A stretch of 63,204 bases of DNA, counting the filler, from Octopus bimaculoides (taxonomy: Eukaryota), in assembly GCF_001194135.2 (NCBI RefSeq). It is 7 parts of 7 records of this genome, joined end to end, with 100 filler letters (N's around TTAATTAATTAA, not from the genome) between each part and the next. Parts side by side here need not be neighbours in the genome. Positions count along the whole stretch, not along the records: positions 1 to 15,669 come from NC_068982.1; 6 more parts are not named here. The stretch is one strand, 5' to 3'. The notes under the pieces are model-generated. The model searched no databases, was not told the origin of the DNA, and was given only the letters and a program-made list of their open reading frames with translations. Made by a program: the position numbers and the translations under genes. Shown piece after piece: positions 1-10,424 of the stretch; position 1 is the first letter of the stretch; every line of letters begins with the position of its first letter.

Positions 1-36
<36 letters not shown>

Positions 37-59
37 GTATATATATATGTATGTATATA

Positions 60-375
60 TGGCACATAGCTCAGTGGTTAGAGAGTCAGGCTCACAATCA
101 TGAGGTAGTACGTTCAATTCCTGGGTCAGGCTTGTGTTGTCTTCTTGAGCAAGACACTTTATTTAAACGTTGCTCCAGTTCACTCAGCTGTAGAAATGAG
201 TTGCAACGTCACTGGTGTCAAGCTGTATCGTCCTTTGCTTTCCCTAACATAGGAAAGGCAAGTGTGCATGGGCGACAGCTGATCCTCCACAAACAACCTT
301 GCCCTGACTTGTACCTCGGAGGGTAACTCTAGGTGCAATCCCGCAATCTTATGGTCATTCATGACCAAAGGAGGT
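60..375 (+). mobile_element. tRNA-derived SINE (family E here; CORE-like segment after the head)
   Basis: A box TAGCTCAGTGG (67-77) and B box GTTCAATTC (112-120), followed by CTTGAGCAAGACACTT, which resembles the CORE-SINE motif. No tRNA acceptor-stem 3' half. Confidence 0.75.
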
Positions 376-821
376 ATTTTACCCTTTATAGATAAAGATA
401 GTTATGGCCGGTTTATAGGGTTACCATGGTTTTGCATCCATAAAGCGCTTAACTTTAAATACGTCACATCAGATTCTAATGACCGGTGGTTTATAACCTC
501 TCTTCAAAACGGAGGGAGAAAAGGCTTCATGGTTAGTTATTGAATACACAAACAAGAAAGTGCAAGAGATTGCCTCCCTTAGACCACTAACCGGAATACA
601 CCCAGTCAGTTTGTGGGTCCCAGGATTTCAGTAGGAATCGCCTGAAGTGTAAGCATGGTCTGAAGACTTCGTCCAGGATTTTAAGATGTTCCTCGGACCG
701 AGGGAGTTCTTCAATATCCTTGCCCATTCTGCTATGCACAGCTGGCAACACATGCTGCCGTTGATGTAGGATTTTCCATGTGATTGCAATTGGGGTCTCT
801 TTGTTCTTCAGGTGCCATACA

Positions 822-965
822 TATATGGGCGTTTGGTGTTAGGACGGACATCCAGCTGTAAAAATCCTGCCAAAATAGTCACCGAAATCTGGTGCAAGCC
901 AGCTCCTGTTAAACTGCCCCATCCATGCCAGCATGGAAGGCGGACGTTAAACGATAATGATGATA
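822..965 (+). mobile_element. 3' part of SINE family C (Ceph-like body, RTE-type (ATG)n tail)
   Basis: TTAGGACGGACATCCAGCTGTAAAA...CCATGCCAGCATGGAAGGCGGACGTTAAACGATAATGATGAT matches the copies at 10425-10720, 21345-21885 and 29177-29420. Confidence 0.75.
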
Positions 966-1059
966 TACATGATGAAAATCCAAAGAGAAAATCAAAACTT
1001 TCAACATAAATTGTTGGAAGTTTTGTTTGCCAGGGAAGGATTTATATAACATATTTCTA

Positions 1060-1511
1060 CTTTTACAAGTGATTGAAAATGATAAGTGATTTCTCAAATA
1101 TTTCACAGTGGTAGGGTTTTCCGGCATGATTCATGACTAAAGATTTCCCACACATTTCACAGCAATTTCCAAAACATTTTATAATGGTAAGATTTTCTTT
1201 TTCCAATGCACATTCTTTTGTGAATTACAAAAATAAAATTTTCTCTGATAGATTTCCCATATTTCACAATGAACTGAGTTTTTCCAGGGTGTCTTCATTT
1301 TTAAACTAGGCACAAATTGACAGAGAATAGTTTTCCACATAAGTTAGTAAGGATAGAATTTTCCTCCAGTGTGAAATTTTCGTGTTGTTAAATACTGTTG
1401 AAGACAGAAAATTTCTTGCATATTCCATAACAACATGACATTTTACCTGCCTGTGTTCATTCATGGATTGCAAGAATTTTTCAACTGAATATTTCCCACT
1501 TATCTCACAAC
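1060..1511 (-). pseudogene. Degenerate C2H2 finger repeats downstream of ZNF-1 stop
   Basis: Minus strand has broken finger starts: TGTGAGATAAGTGGGAAA (CEISGK), CATTGTGAAATATGG (HCEIW), TGCTGTGAAATGTGTGGGAAATCT (CCEMCGKS) and GGAAAACCCTACCACTGTGAAATA (GKPYHCEI), with stops and frameshifts. Confidence 0.75.
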
Positions 1512-1732
1512 GGTTTCAAAGTTTGGCACCAAGCTAGCAATTTCGAGGAAGTGGGTAAGTTGATTACATTGACCCCAATGCTCAACTGGTACTTACTTAT
1601 TCCATCGACCCCCACATAGGATGAAAAGCAAAGTGAAGCATGGTGGAACTTGAACTCAGAACATAAAGACAGACAAAATGTTGTGAAGAACTTCACTCCA
1701 CAGGCTTATAATTCTGCCAACTCGTTGCCTTC
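1512..1732 (-). mobile_element. tRNA-derived SINE family A (Meta-domain-like core), tail type 2
   Basis: Minus strand GAAGGCAACGAGTTGGCAGAA...GTTCTGAGTTCAAGTTCC...CTTTTCATCC..GGGGTCGAT..TAAGTACCAG...GTGCCAAACTTTGAAACC, homologous to 33886-34117 and 11300-11490. Confidence 0.8.
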
Positions 1733-1753
1733 GACACTTAATGAAACGAGTTG

Positions 1754-3319
1754 TTATCCAGTGTGTATTTTTGTGTGTATTGTTAATTTACTGTTAGAGA
1801 CAAAAGATTTGCCACATATCTCACAGTGGTAAGGTTTTTCTCCAGTATGTATTCTTTTGTGAACTACAAGACTAGAAGTTTGAGTGAAAGATTTCCCACA
1901 GATCTCACAGTGAAATGGGTTTTCTCCAGTGTGTCTTCTTTTGTGAACTACGAGACTTGAATTAACTGAGAACGATTTACCACATACTTCACAGTGATAA
2001 GGCTTTTCTCCACTATGTGCTCGGTTGTGAATAACAACATCTGAATTGTTCATGAAAGACTTTCCACATATTTCACAATGATAGCGTTTTTCTCTCGTGT
2101 GTATTCTATTGTGTGCTGTTAAATTACTGTTAGAGACAAACGATTTTCCACATATTTCACAGTGATAAGGTTTTTCTCCAGTATGACTACGTTTGTGAAT
2201 TGTAAGCCTACCATTCGTAGTAAAAGATGTCCCACAGATTTCACAATGGAAAAGGTTTTCTCCAGTATGTACTCTATTGTGTGTTGTTAGACTACTGCTT
2301 GCAGCAAAGGATTTTCCACATATCTGACAGCAATATGGTTTTTCTCCTGTGTGACTACGTTTGTGGATTGAAAGCTTGTAGTTATTAATAAACGACTTTC
2401 CACATATTTCACAACAATATGAGTTTCCTCCAGTATGACTACGTTTGTGTATTGTAAGCTTAGAATTATAAATGAAAGATTTCCCACATGTTTCACACTG
2501 AAACGGTTTTTCCCCCGTATGTATTCTGCTATGTGTTTTTAAGTGTCCATTAGTGAAGAAAGATTGCCCACATATTTCGCAATTAAAGGGTTTTTCTCCA
2601 GTGTGTCTACTTATGTGGATGACAAGATGGGAATTGTGAGTGAACGATTTCCCACATATTTCACAGTGAAACAGACTTTTCGCAGCGTGTATTCTTTCGT
2701 GTATTTTTAAGTCACCATTAGCAACAAAGGATTTTCCACATACTTTACAATGATATGTTTTTTCTCCTGTGTGTCTACGTATGTGGACAACAAGATGTGA
2801 ACTATTTACAAAAGATTTCCCGCATATTTCACAGTGGAATGGTTTTTCCCCAGTGTGTATTCTTTCATGTACTTTTAAGTCGCCATTGGTAATAAAGGAT
2901 TTTCCACATACTTCACAATGATAAGTTTTTTCTCCTGTGTGTCTCCGTATGTGGACAACAAGCTGTGATCTATTAACAAACGCTTTTCCACATATTTCAC
3001 AGTGGAATGGTCTTTCTCCTGTGTGTATTCTTTCATGTATTTTTAAATCACCATTAGTGATAAAAGATTTTCCACACACATCACATTGATAAGCCTTTTC
3101 TCCTTTGTGTCTACGGATGTGGATAGCAAGTTCTGAACTATTAATGAAGGACTTCCCACATATTTCACAATGGAATGGTTTTTCTCCAGTGTGTATTTTT
3201 TTATGTGTTGTTAAATTACTATTGGAGACAAAATATTTTCCACATATTTCACAATGGTATAGTTTTTTCTTATTGTGTGTTTCTTTACGTGTGATACCTT
3301 CACATTCTGAAGAGAGCAT
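1754..3319 (-). CDS. Tandem C2H2 zinc-finger protein (ZNF-1), 18 intact fingers, single coding exon
   Basis: Open frame 1754-3403. The track start is GTG; the first ATG is at 3319, giving 521 aa. It has 18 consecutive 28-aa C-x2-C-x3-F-x5-L-x2-H-x3-H units with TGEKP-type linkers, preceded by a degenerate finger (YQCDICKKMLSSECEGITRKETH). Confidence 0.92.
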   Translation of the reverse strand: MLSSECEGITRKETHNKKKLYHCEICGKYFVSNSNLTTHKKIHTGEKPFHCEICGKSFINSSELAIHIRRHKGEKAYQCDVCGKSFITNGDLKIHERIHTGERPFHCEICGKAFVNRSQLVVHIRRHTGEKTYHCEVCGKSFITNGDLKVHERIHTGEKPFHCEICGKSFVNSSHLVVHIRRHTGEKTYHCKVCGKSFVANGDLKIHERIHAAKSLFHCEICGKSFTHNSHLVIHISRHTGEKPFNCEICGQSFFTNGHLKTHSRIHTGEKPFQCETCGKSFIYNSKLTIHKRSHTGGNSYCCEICGKSFINNYKLSIHKRSHTGEKPYCCQICGKSFAASSSLTTHNRVHTGENLFHCEICGTSFTTNGRLTIHKRSHTGEKPYHCEICGKSFVSNSNLTAHNRIHTREKRYHCEICGKSFMNNSDVVIHNRAHSGEKPYHCEVCGKSFSVNSSLVVHKRRHTGENPFHCEICGKSFTQTSSLVVHKRIHTGEKPYHCEICGKSFVSNSKLTIHTKIHTG

Positions 3320-3640
3320 TTTCTTACAAATGTCACACTGATATTCAATAATCCTTCCTACTGGCTGATATTGTAATGGACTCACTCTGTAAAGATTTTT
3401 CACTTTCGTAAATCCTTGTAACTGAATTTATATTGTTAAAAACAATGGTATTAGAAGTGTCTAATGATTAATTTCCTCCACATTAATTATTTTAAAAGTT
3501 GAAAATTCTCTGCAAGTATCAATTTATCTTGGGTTCAGTTTCTTGGCTTGTATCTGATAGGATTCCATTTACATGTGTCGAAATTATGCAATGCTTTTCT
3601 ATTACACTCGAATGTTTGTTGCTAACTGGATCCTTTTCAA
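3320..3640 (-). other. Relic N-terminal coding region / 5' leader of ZNF-1, homologous to the leaders of the two paralogues
   Basis: In the frame shifted by one base from the finger frame, 3375-3455 reads SNTIVFNNINSVTRIYESEKSLQSESI. This aligns without gaps to 12830-12910 (SNTTVYINIDLVTWKYSGEKALQNESF). Confidence 0.65.
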
Positions 3641-5716
3641 ACGACAAACATTGTAATATACAAATATATTTATAATTCTGTCATGAAATGTAGATATTGT
3701 AAATGGATGCTATGTACGTAAATAATATAGAGTATGTATAAATACACATAAGTTTCTTTTGCATTTATGTTGTGTCATGGAAAATGGAATAATCAGTTAG
3801 AAAAAAACTGTAAAAGGAAAAAAAAGATAAGCTAGGAGAAGACCGATAACAGAGAAAAGAAAACTGTGTGTGTGTTGTCCTAATAGATCAGGGTTGTCCA
3901 TCCAGAGAGTAAAAAAGCGTACAACGTGTGAAGAGATGGCAATATAAATAAAACTCTCCTATCCATTTAAACATTAAAAAAAAGTCAAGAATACTAGTCA
4001 CTCATTGGCTTGTGATTAAAATCCATTTCCAAAACATTTATAAAATTGGTGCAACCAACTCATGTTGTAGTGGTCCATGACGAAATGAAATACATAATCA
4101 AGGTGATGGACCTGCAACACTAGTATTAACGTTCATTATAACATGACATAATATAATTATTAATATTAACATTCACCTCAAGATGATACAATTATAAATA
4201 TTACCGTTCACCAAACACAGTATACTACTTATGAATTTTAACGTTCAACCTAACATGGTACATTTATAAACATCATCGTTCATCTTAGACATGATATAAA
4301 CATTAATGATATAATTACTAACATCGTTAACAGCGATCTTCTGAACAATAAATAGTGAAACAAACGGCACCGGGTGAAAGCGAAAAGACTGGCGAACTTT
4401 TGAACTTTCAAGAAATAATCATAAACGTTGCTACATCATAGTAGTAGTCCAATGACTGAAACAAATATAAGAATTAACTTTCAAGCTAAACAAAGATGCA
4501 ATTAGGTTGATCGACGTAACATTGACTGAATGAACGGTGTCGGTGACTATTCGTCCCACTGCTTGAATAACACCGGTGCTATAGCTTTAAAGGTACTAAA
4601 CTTAGTTTAATACACACAGAATACCTTTTATTTAACTTTGTTCAAATGTATACGCCCGATTGTGGACCAAAACACATCGCCTAACAAATTAACTTTTAAT
4701 GTAGGAGACTCTATGTAGTTGTTCGACTTGGTAGAAATAGCTACCAAACTACCCCCTTCTGTCTGAGAAACGAAAAAGACGACACATCGCCAGTGTAGTC
4801 CTTGAAATATAAAAAAGTGAGAGACTCCTCTGAATCATAGGTGTGCTGAATAAGTTAATTCTTCATTCAGAACGAATAACAAAGGAAATAAATTGATGAT
4901 ACACACAAAAGATCAGCCTGATATCTGGGAAATTGTCAAATATCCTTATGTTTGTGCTTTAAAGACAATGAAGCGCGTTAGCATTTCAATTGTGTTATTC
5001 AAGTAAATCATTCCTCGTCTGTAAAATGTTTTATACTGACATTATCATAATGTAATACCAGTAAACGGTTGTGTTATACAGATACCTACACATTTATTAC
5101 TACAGAGACATCCCTCGTGCACTACATATACTTCTTTCCCAGCTGTCTTAGTCTACCTACCCAAATGTTACCTCCCTTTCTCCTTCCTCCAACTTAGTCT
5201 CCCATTCACTATATCTACTCCTCAAACCTACTCAGTCTCTATAGGCATCACCAACTCTTCCCTCCGGCATTTGTTTATCATTGACCATTTTTCTTCATTC
5301 ATTACCATTCCCAATCTATAATCATCCCTCACTTTCCTCATATATATACTTACAACACCTACCCACCCATACGCCCTATTCTTCTGTCTCTATTAATTTT
5401 TATTCACTATTTTAACCTTGATGGTCCACACTGACACCTTGTCACCACTATTTTATCTCTTTCCAATTCCAACCTAGTTACTCTCATCCACTCTTCTATA
5501 ATGTGAGTAGCCATGTACTCCTGTACAGCAAGAAACTTGCTGGCGTCCAAATCTTGTTTTCTGATTGGATAAAAATGACCAAACTTTATACCTTTGTAGC
5601 ATTTTTCTGAACTTTTTTCTGGAACAATTAAATAACAAAGTTAGACTCAACATGAAAATTTACATCTTTATGCCAAATTTGAAAATTTCAAAAACTGAGA
5701 CAGCAGCAGAAAAAAA

Positions 5717-5960
5717 TCCTTTCCTTGTGTATGAAGACTTCATGTTCTGAAGTGAATGCTTCCTTACAAATTTCACAGCAATATTTAATCCACTCTCTAC
5801 ATGCTGCTTTTTAAATTTAGTTAATGAGTCATGCTGTAAAGTTATCTCACCATTGTATATCTTTGTAGATGAATATATTTTGCTGAAACAGTTGTATCAG
5901 AAATATTCTAGCCATCAATGACTTCCATATTAATTATTGAAGATTTCTTTAAAACTAAGG
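5717..5960 (-). pseudogene. Third ZNF paralogue remnant (leader plus first degenerate finger only)
   Basis: Minus strand reads KIYNGEITLQHDSLTKFKKQHVESGL, then a 1-nt frameshift into KYCCEICKEAFTSEHEVFIHKER. No finger array follows and the shared ATG is absent. Confidence 0.7.
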
Positions 5961-6149
5961 AGTGTCTGTAGGTTAAGTATATTGACGTTCAGTTGCTTAT
6001 CACAGGCATCATGGGATCTCTGTGTAAATCATCCAGTTTAGACATATATTAAAGTTACAAGAATACTTGTAGACGACTGGGTTCTCTCTAAGTGGCAGAC
6101 AAAATAAAATTGTGTTTAAAAAAATCTAGTCAATTGGCACTGTATTCTT

Positions 6150-6378
6150 TTATCTTATTTTTGTTTCAGTCATTTGACTGCGGCCATGCTGGAGCACTGC
6201 CTTTAGTCAAGCAAATCGACCCTAGGACTTATTCTTAGTAAGCCAAGTACTTATTCTATCAGTCTCTCTTGCCAAACTGCTAGGTAATGGGGACGTAAAC
6301 ACACCAGCATCGGTTGTCAAACGATGTTGGGGGGACAAACACAGACACACACACATATACATACATACACACATATAT
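6150..6378 (-). mobile_element. 3' half of SINE family B, running into a gap at its internal microsatellite
   Basis: Reverse complement of ...GTACTTGGCTTACTAAGAATAAGTCCTAGGGTCGATTTGCTTGACTAAAGGCAGTGCTCCAGCATGGCCGCAGTCAAATGACTGAAAC; matches 62292-62707. Confidence 0.8.
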
Positions 6379-8039
6379 NNNNNNNNNNNNNNNNNNNNNN
6401 NNNNNNNNNNNNNNNNNNNNNNNNNNNNNNNNNNNNNNNNNNNNNNNNNNNNNNNNNNNNNNNNNNNNNNNNNNNNNNNNNNNNNNNNNNNNNNNNNNNN
6501 NNNNNNNNNNNNNNNNNNNNNNNNNNNNNNNNNNNNNNNNNNNNNNNNNNNNNNNNNNNNNNNNNNNNNNNNNNNNNNNNNNNNNNNNNNNNNNNNNNNN
6601 NNNNNNNNNNNNNNNNNNNNNNNNNNNACCTGAATGCAGATTGTCCCATACTCTCTGCTTCCGTCTATCCTCAAATGTAACAGGAACTGACAAACCCAGC
6701 TCTCGCCATTGTAATCGAGCTTAACTGAAGCATATTTGTAGAAAATTTCATTAAAAATATCCTTTTTTTTTCTGGAAGTTATGAGGAAACAAAGTCGGGT
6801 GGATTCACTTGCCGGTTAGGTGCAGAAAACTATTTATTTGAGAATTTTCTTACAGATTCGAACTTTATTTTAAAAACATCATTGCAACTCAAATCGTGAT
6901 AAGAGGGAATAAAATACCATTTATGTTACTATAAAGCACAAATGACAAACTACGAAATTGTCGATCTTGTCTGTTATATGATAATGTAGTGTTAACATAA
7001 TTAACGTAGGGAGTAGCGAAAGGCTAACTAGAAAACTTATGCCCTGAAAGAACACAATTTACAAAAGAAAATAGTAAGAAAAGGGAAAGGAACGATAATA
7101 GTAAAAAAAATAATAAAAAATAGGGGTATGCACACACCTTTAATTATACGTTGCATCAGAGAAAACTGGTGCTCCTCTCTAAGAAATTTAGGAAACACCA
7201 CCGAAACAGCAGCGGGCAGTCCGCCTCATCACTTTTCTTTCTACTGTTGCTCGGTATAACGCTGATTTTTTCGTATCAGCTGTGAAGGAAACAACCATCT
7301 ACTACGGACTATTTAAGCCCAACCTTTACTCCAGATTATGTCAGAAAGGCGATCACTCCCCTTCTTGTGGGATCTGGTTCTAGCATTGGTAATATTTGCT
7401 CTTCAACAGTTTAAAGACGGCATCTCTCTGTCGTTGGTAGCGATGATTTTTCATCTTTTCAAATGTCTCACATAGTTCGTGAACAAATTTTCTTCTGAGA
7501 GTACCCTCCCCTACATTCGTTCTCTCTTCTGTGACGCTAAGATTTTTAATTTCGTTAAGCCAAATGCCGATTTCACTCATAGCATTTGGGTGTTCTTTGA
7601 GGCGCTTCACATTGAAAATGCCTTTGCCATCAGTCTTTCATAACCTTTCGTCGGGATTTGCACTTGTTCACTTTTGGGTTGCCAGTAAACTGAAATGTGA
7701 AGCAGGTATTCATGCTACATGGATATTCGTGAGCCCTCATGCTCACCTCAGGATAGTTCTCAAACTCGATTTAAAACAGAAATATCACCTGCAGTTCAAT
7801 CAGACATGTCAGTTTTAGGTCAGTGAAAGAGAGGGCTCCAGAACTGTTCCTCTTTATCCTTTAGTGAACAGTGCATTCTTTCTACCTTGCGAGTTTGATG
7901 GTGGTCCGTTTGGTCCTGCATTATTTTCATTAGGTATCAACTATTTTGCTACATTAGAGTCTGCTTTGGATTTGAAAGCCTGATACCTTGATGATGCCTT
8001 TTTAGAGGCCTTCATCCTACCATGGTAGAGTCCTCACTT

Positions 8040-8560
8040 CGGTGAAGTTGATGATTGAGAAACGTAGTTGTAAAGATCTCGAAGTAAATGATTCCAGAAG
8101 TGAACTATGAACACTAAAATAGTAATCTCTGTGGCATCAGACTACAATGGATCTCTTCAATAAATTCTTCGCCTTTATTATAGTCTCATCCCCATCAGTA
8201 TGGATTTCCTTCAGATGTTTGAGCTTTGACATCTTAGAAAGAAAAATGGGTTTTAAAAAAAAGTCAGAAATTGGGACTCTAAAAATTGGATAATGCATGG
8301 TTGAGGAACGTTAGGTAAGAATGAAGGGTTCTGTCAATTGCATGTATGTTGCTGTATATGGTAGCATGTCATTGATGTATGGAATGAAGAGAGTAAAGAC
8401 AAAACCAAACCCTAGGGAATACCAGAGTTGAAAAGATGGGAGACAGAAACAGCTCCATCAATACACAAGGCAATAGTGTGATCTGACAGGAAGCTCCAAA
8501 TTCAATGGATTAAAGATGAATGGAACCAATAGGCTGGAAGTTTACTTTTGTAAATTATGT
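8040..8560 (-). mobile_element. Degenerate LINE reverse-transcriptase fragment (CR1/L2/Jockey-like)
   Basis: Minus strand translates SFLSDHTIALCIDGAVSVSHLFNSGIP*GLVLS, followed by shifted YINDML. This is the 'SFL..R...V..G..S......SGVPQGSVL.P.LF..YINDL' RT region, with stops. Confidence 0.6.
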
Positions 8561-9613
8561 TAACTGCTTGATTTTTGGCTATTTAACTTTTTATACCAAT
8601 CCTGTAGTTTATCATACTTTCTATTTTATATTATTATATTTTGTTTCCTATTATCTCTATTTCTGTTGTAATAAGGTACTTTATTCCATACTGTGATAAA
8701 AACAATTTAAATGAGACAGTACAACAAGTCCGGAGTTTTTGAAACATTAGTATATTTCTCTCATATCATTTAAGAGGGAAGTAATTAATTATTGATGATA
8801 CCAAGAAGTTGACAAATCAATTCCTTCATGTGTGGAAGTTTGTTGCAATGTTTGTAGCTTTTATTTTATCTCATTCTTCTGTGTCTTTCTTAATTAGAAA
8901 AGTTGTTATTCTTGCAGTTTAGGGACTCAAGAGCAACAACAGTTTCTATGTTATCTTATATCAGCCTTCCTCTCGTGTTCAATGTTGAATGTACAAGTTC
9001 ATATTCTTCAGTCAGTTTGAAAACAAGCTTCTCATTATTTAAAAATATCCATTCTTTGAAATGTTCATCATGAAATTTACACTTATGTTTTAGCATTTTG
9101 GGATTAATCCATAAAGTGCTGGGATTTGCACTTACATAGCATGGACTACTGAGCACATTTTATGAAAATGAGACTACCATGCACACATAAAATAGTTAAA
9201 ATATTTTCTTAGTATATAATAGTGGCAAGTTTTACATCATCCGAAAAGTCATTAGTTGAACTATTAGTCCTCTTGCATTTGGGGGGAAGGGATATTAGAA
9301 TGTTTGAGTGACATTAGACCCCAACAAACACCCATAAATTAAATGCATCTATCTGGGCCATGATCGTGGCCTGTCGACCTGTGCCTGACAACCACAATCA
9401 TGGCCCATTGCGCTTTATGTGTTAAATAATTTAGAAGTTAGAAAATACTGCTGCAATTGTGACCAGCACAAAGTGAAACACATAACTGGGTCACCAAGAA
9501 GAGGGTGTGGCAAGGTTGCCAGTTGCATCAATCATTGGGAACATATGCATAACATGTAAACTGTATTGAGCTGCAATATGGGAGACAGGAAGTTTGCATA
9601 TTGTGTGATGCAT

Positions 9614-9946
9614 GGAGGCGCAATGGCCCAGTGGTTAGGGCAGCGGACTCGCGGTTTTGATTCCCAGACCGGCCGTTGTGAGTGTTTATTGAGCAAAAAC
9701 ACCTAAAGCTCCACGAGGCTCTGGCAGGGGATGGTGGCGAACCCTGCTGTACTCTTTCTCCACAACTTTCTTCCTGTTTCTGTTGTACCTGTATTTCAAA
9801 TGGCCAGCCTTGTCACACTGTGTCACACTGAATATCCCCGAGAACTACGTTAAGGGTACATGTGTCTGTGGAGTGCTCAGCCACTTGCACGTTAATTTCA
9901 CGGATCAACTGGAACCCTTGACATTGTAAGCGACGGAGTGCCAACT
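9614..9946 (+). mobile_element. tRNA-derived SINE family D
   Basis: GGAGGCGCAATGGCCCAGTGGTTAGGGCAGCGGACTCGCGG head and body CCACTTGCACGTTAATTTCACG; collinear with 48679-49059, with internal deletions. Confidence 0.85.
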
Positions 9947-10424
9947 GTGTATGTTAGCCTACACTTAACTAAGTGTTTGACACTATTAATGCATTGTTGT
10001 AAATGCTTGGGTTGTTTAAAGTACTCATCATTATTATTATTATTGCAGGCCAAATAAGCATATAGAGGGCCACTTTTCTGGAGATTTATTTTTCCTTCCT
10101 TTCTTTTTCTTGGTTGTAGGCATATCACATTGCCTGGTTTAAAATGACCCACTGATCCATGAGTACCTTTAGCCAAATTTGCTTTGTAACAAACCAGCAG
10201 GAAGTTATAGCTATTGAGACAGCCAAAAGAATAATCCAAAACCACCGAAAAATTCTCCCTACTTTAATGTATGTAGGCTCTGGTCCAACTTATATTCAAC
10301 ATATTACCTCATACAGCACTGAAAACACACATCTTATTTTTCTTTGAGACAACACTTTCACCTCTTATCTTTTTGTCCAGAGTACACTGAAAAGCAGTGT
10401 CCACTTAATGGGCTCTGCATATCA

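Noticed and set aside
60-130. tRNA-like sequences (also 9614, 28041, 33886, 49059, 62292)
   Set aside because: A and B boxes are present but there is no closed cloverleaf, and they continue into repeat bodies, so they are SINE heads rather than tRNA genes.
1650-3341. Plus-strand ORFs overlapping ZNF-1 (1650-1832, 2287-2496 alternate frame, 3105-3341)
   Set aside because: Antisense or alternate-frame shadows of the 84-bp finger repeat (HISQW.GFSPVC pattern) with no independent coding signal.
4063-4119. Imperfect hairpin TGTTGTAG.GGTCCAT / ATGGACCTGCAACA
   Set aside because: Only about 14 bp with a bulge and a 27-nt loop; plausible by chance or as a MITE remnant.
4640-4700. Possible decayed hammerhead (GCCCGATTGTGGACCAAAACACATCG), and hairpin CAGCAAG-AAA-CTTGCTG at ~5525-5542
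   Set aside because: No CTGANGA box and no intact GAAA in register; too degenerate to support.
7380-7818. ORFs 7380-7610 (-) and 7531-7818 (+)
   Set aside because: No recognisable domain or splice signals; probably decayed TE sequence.
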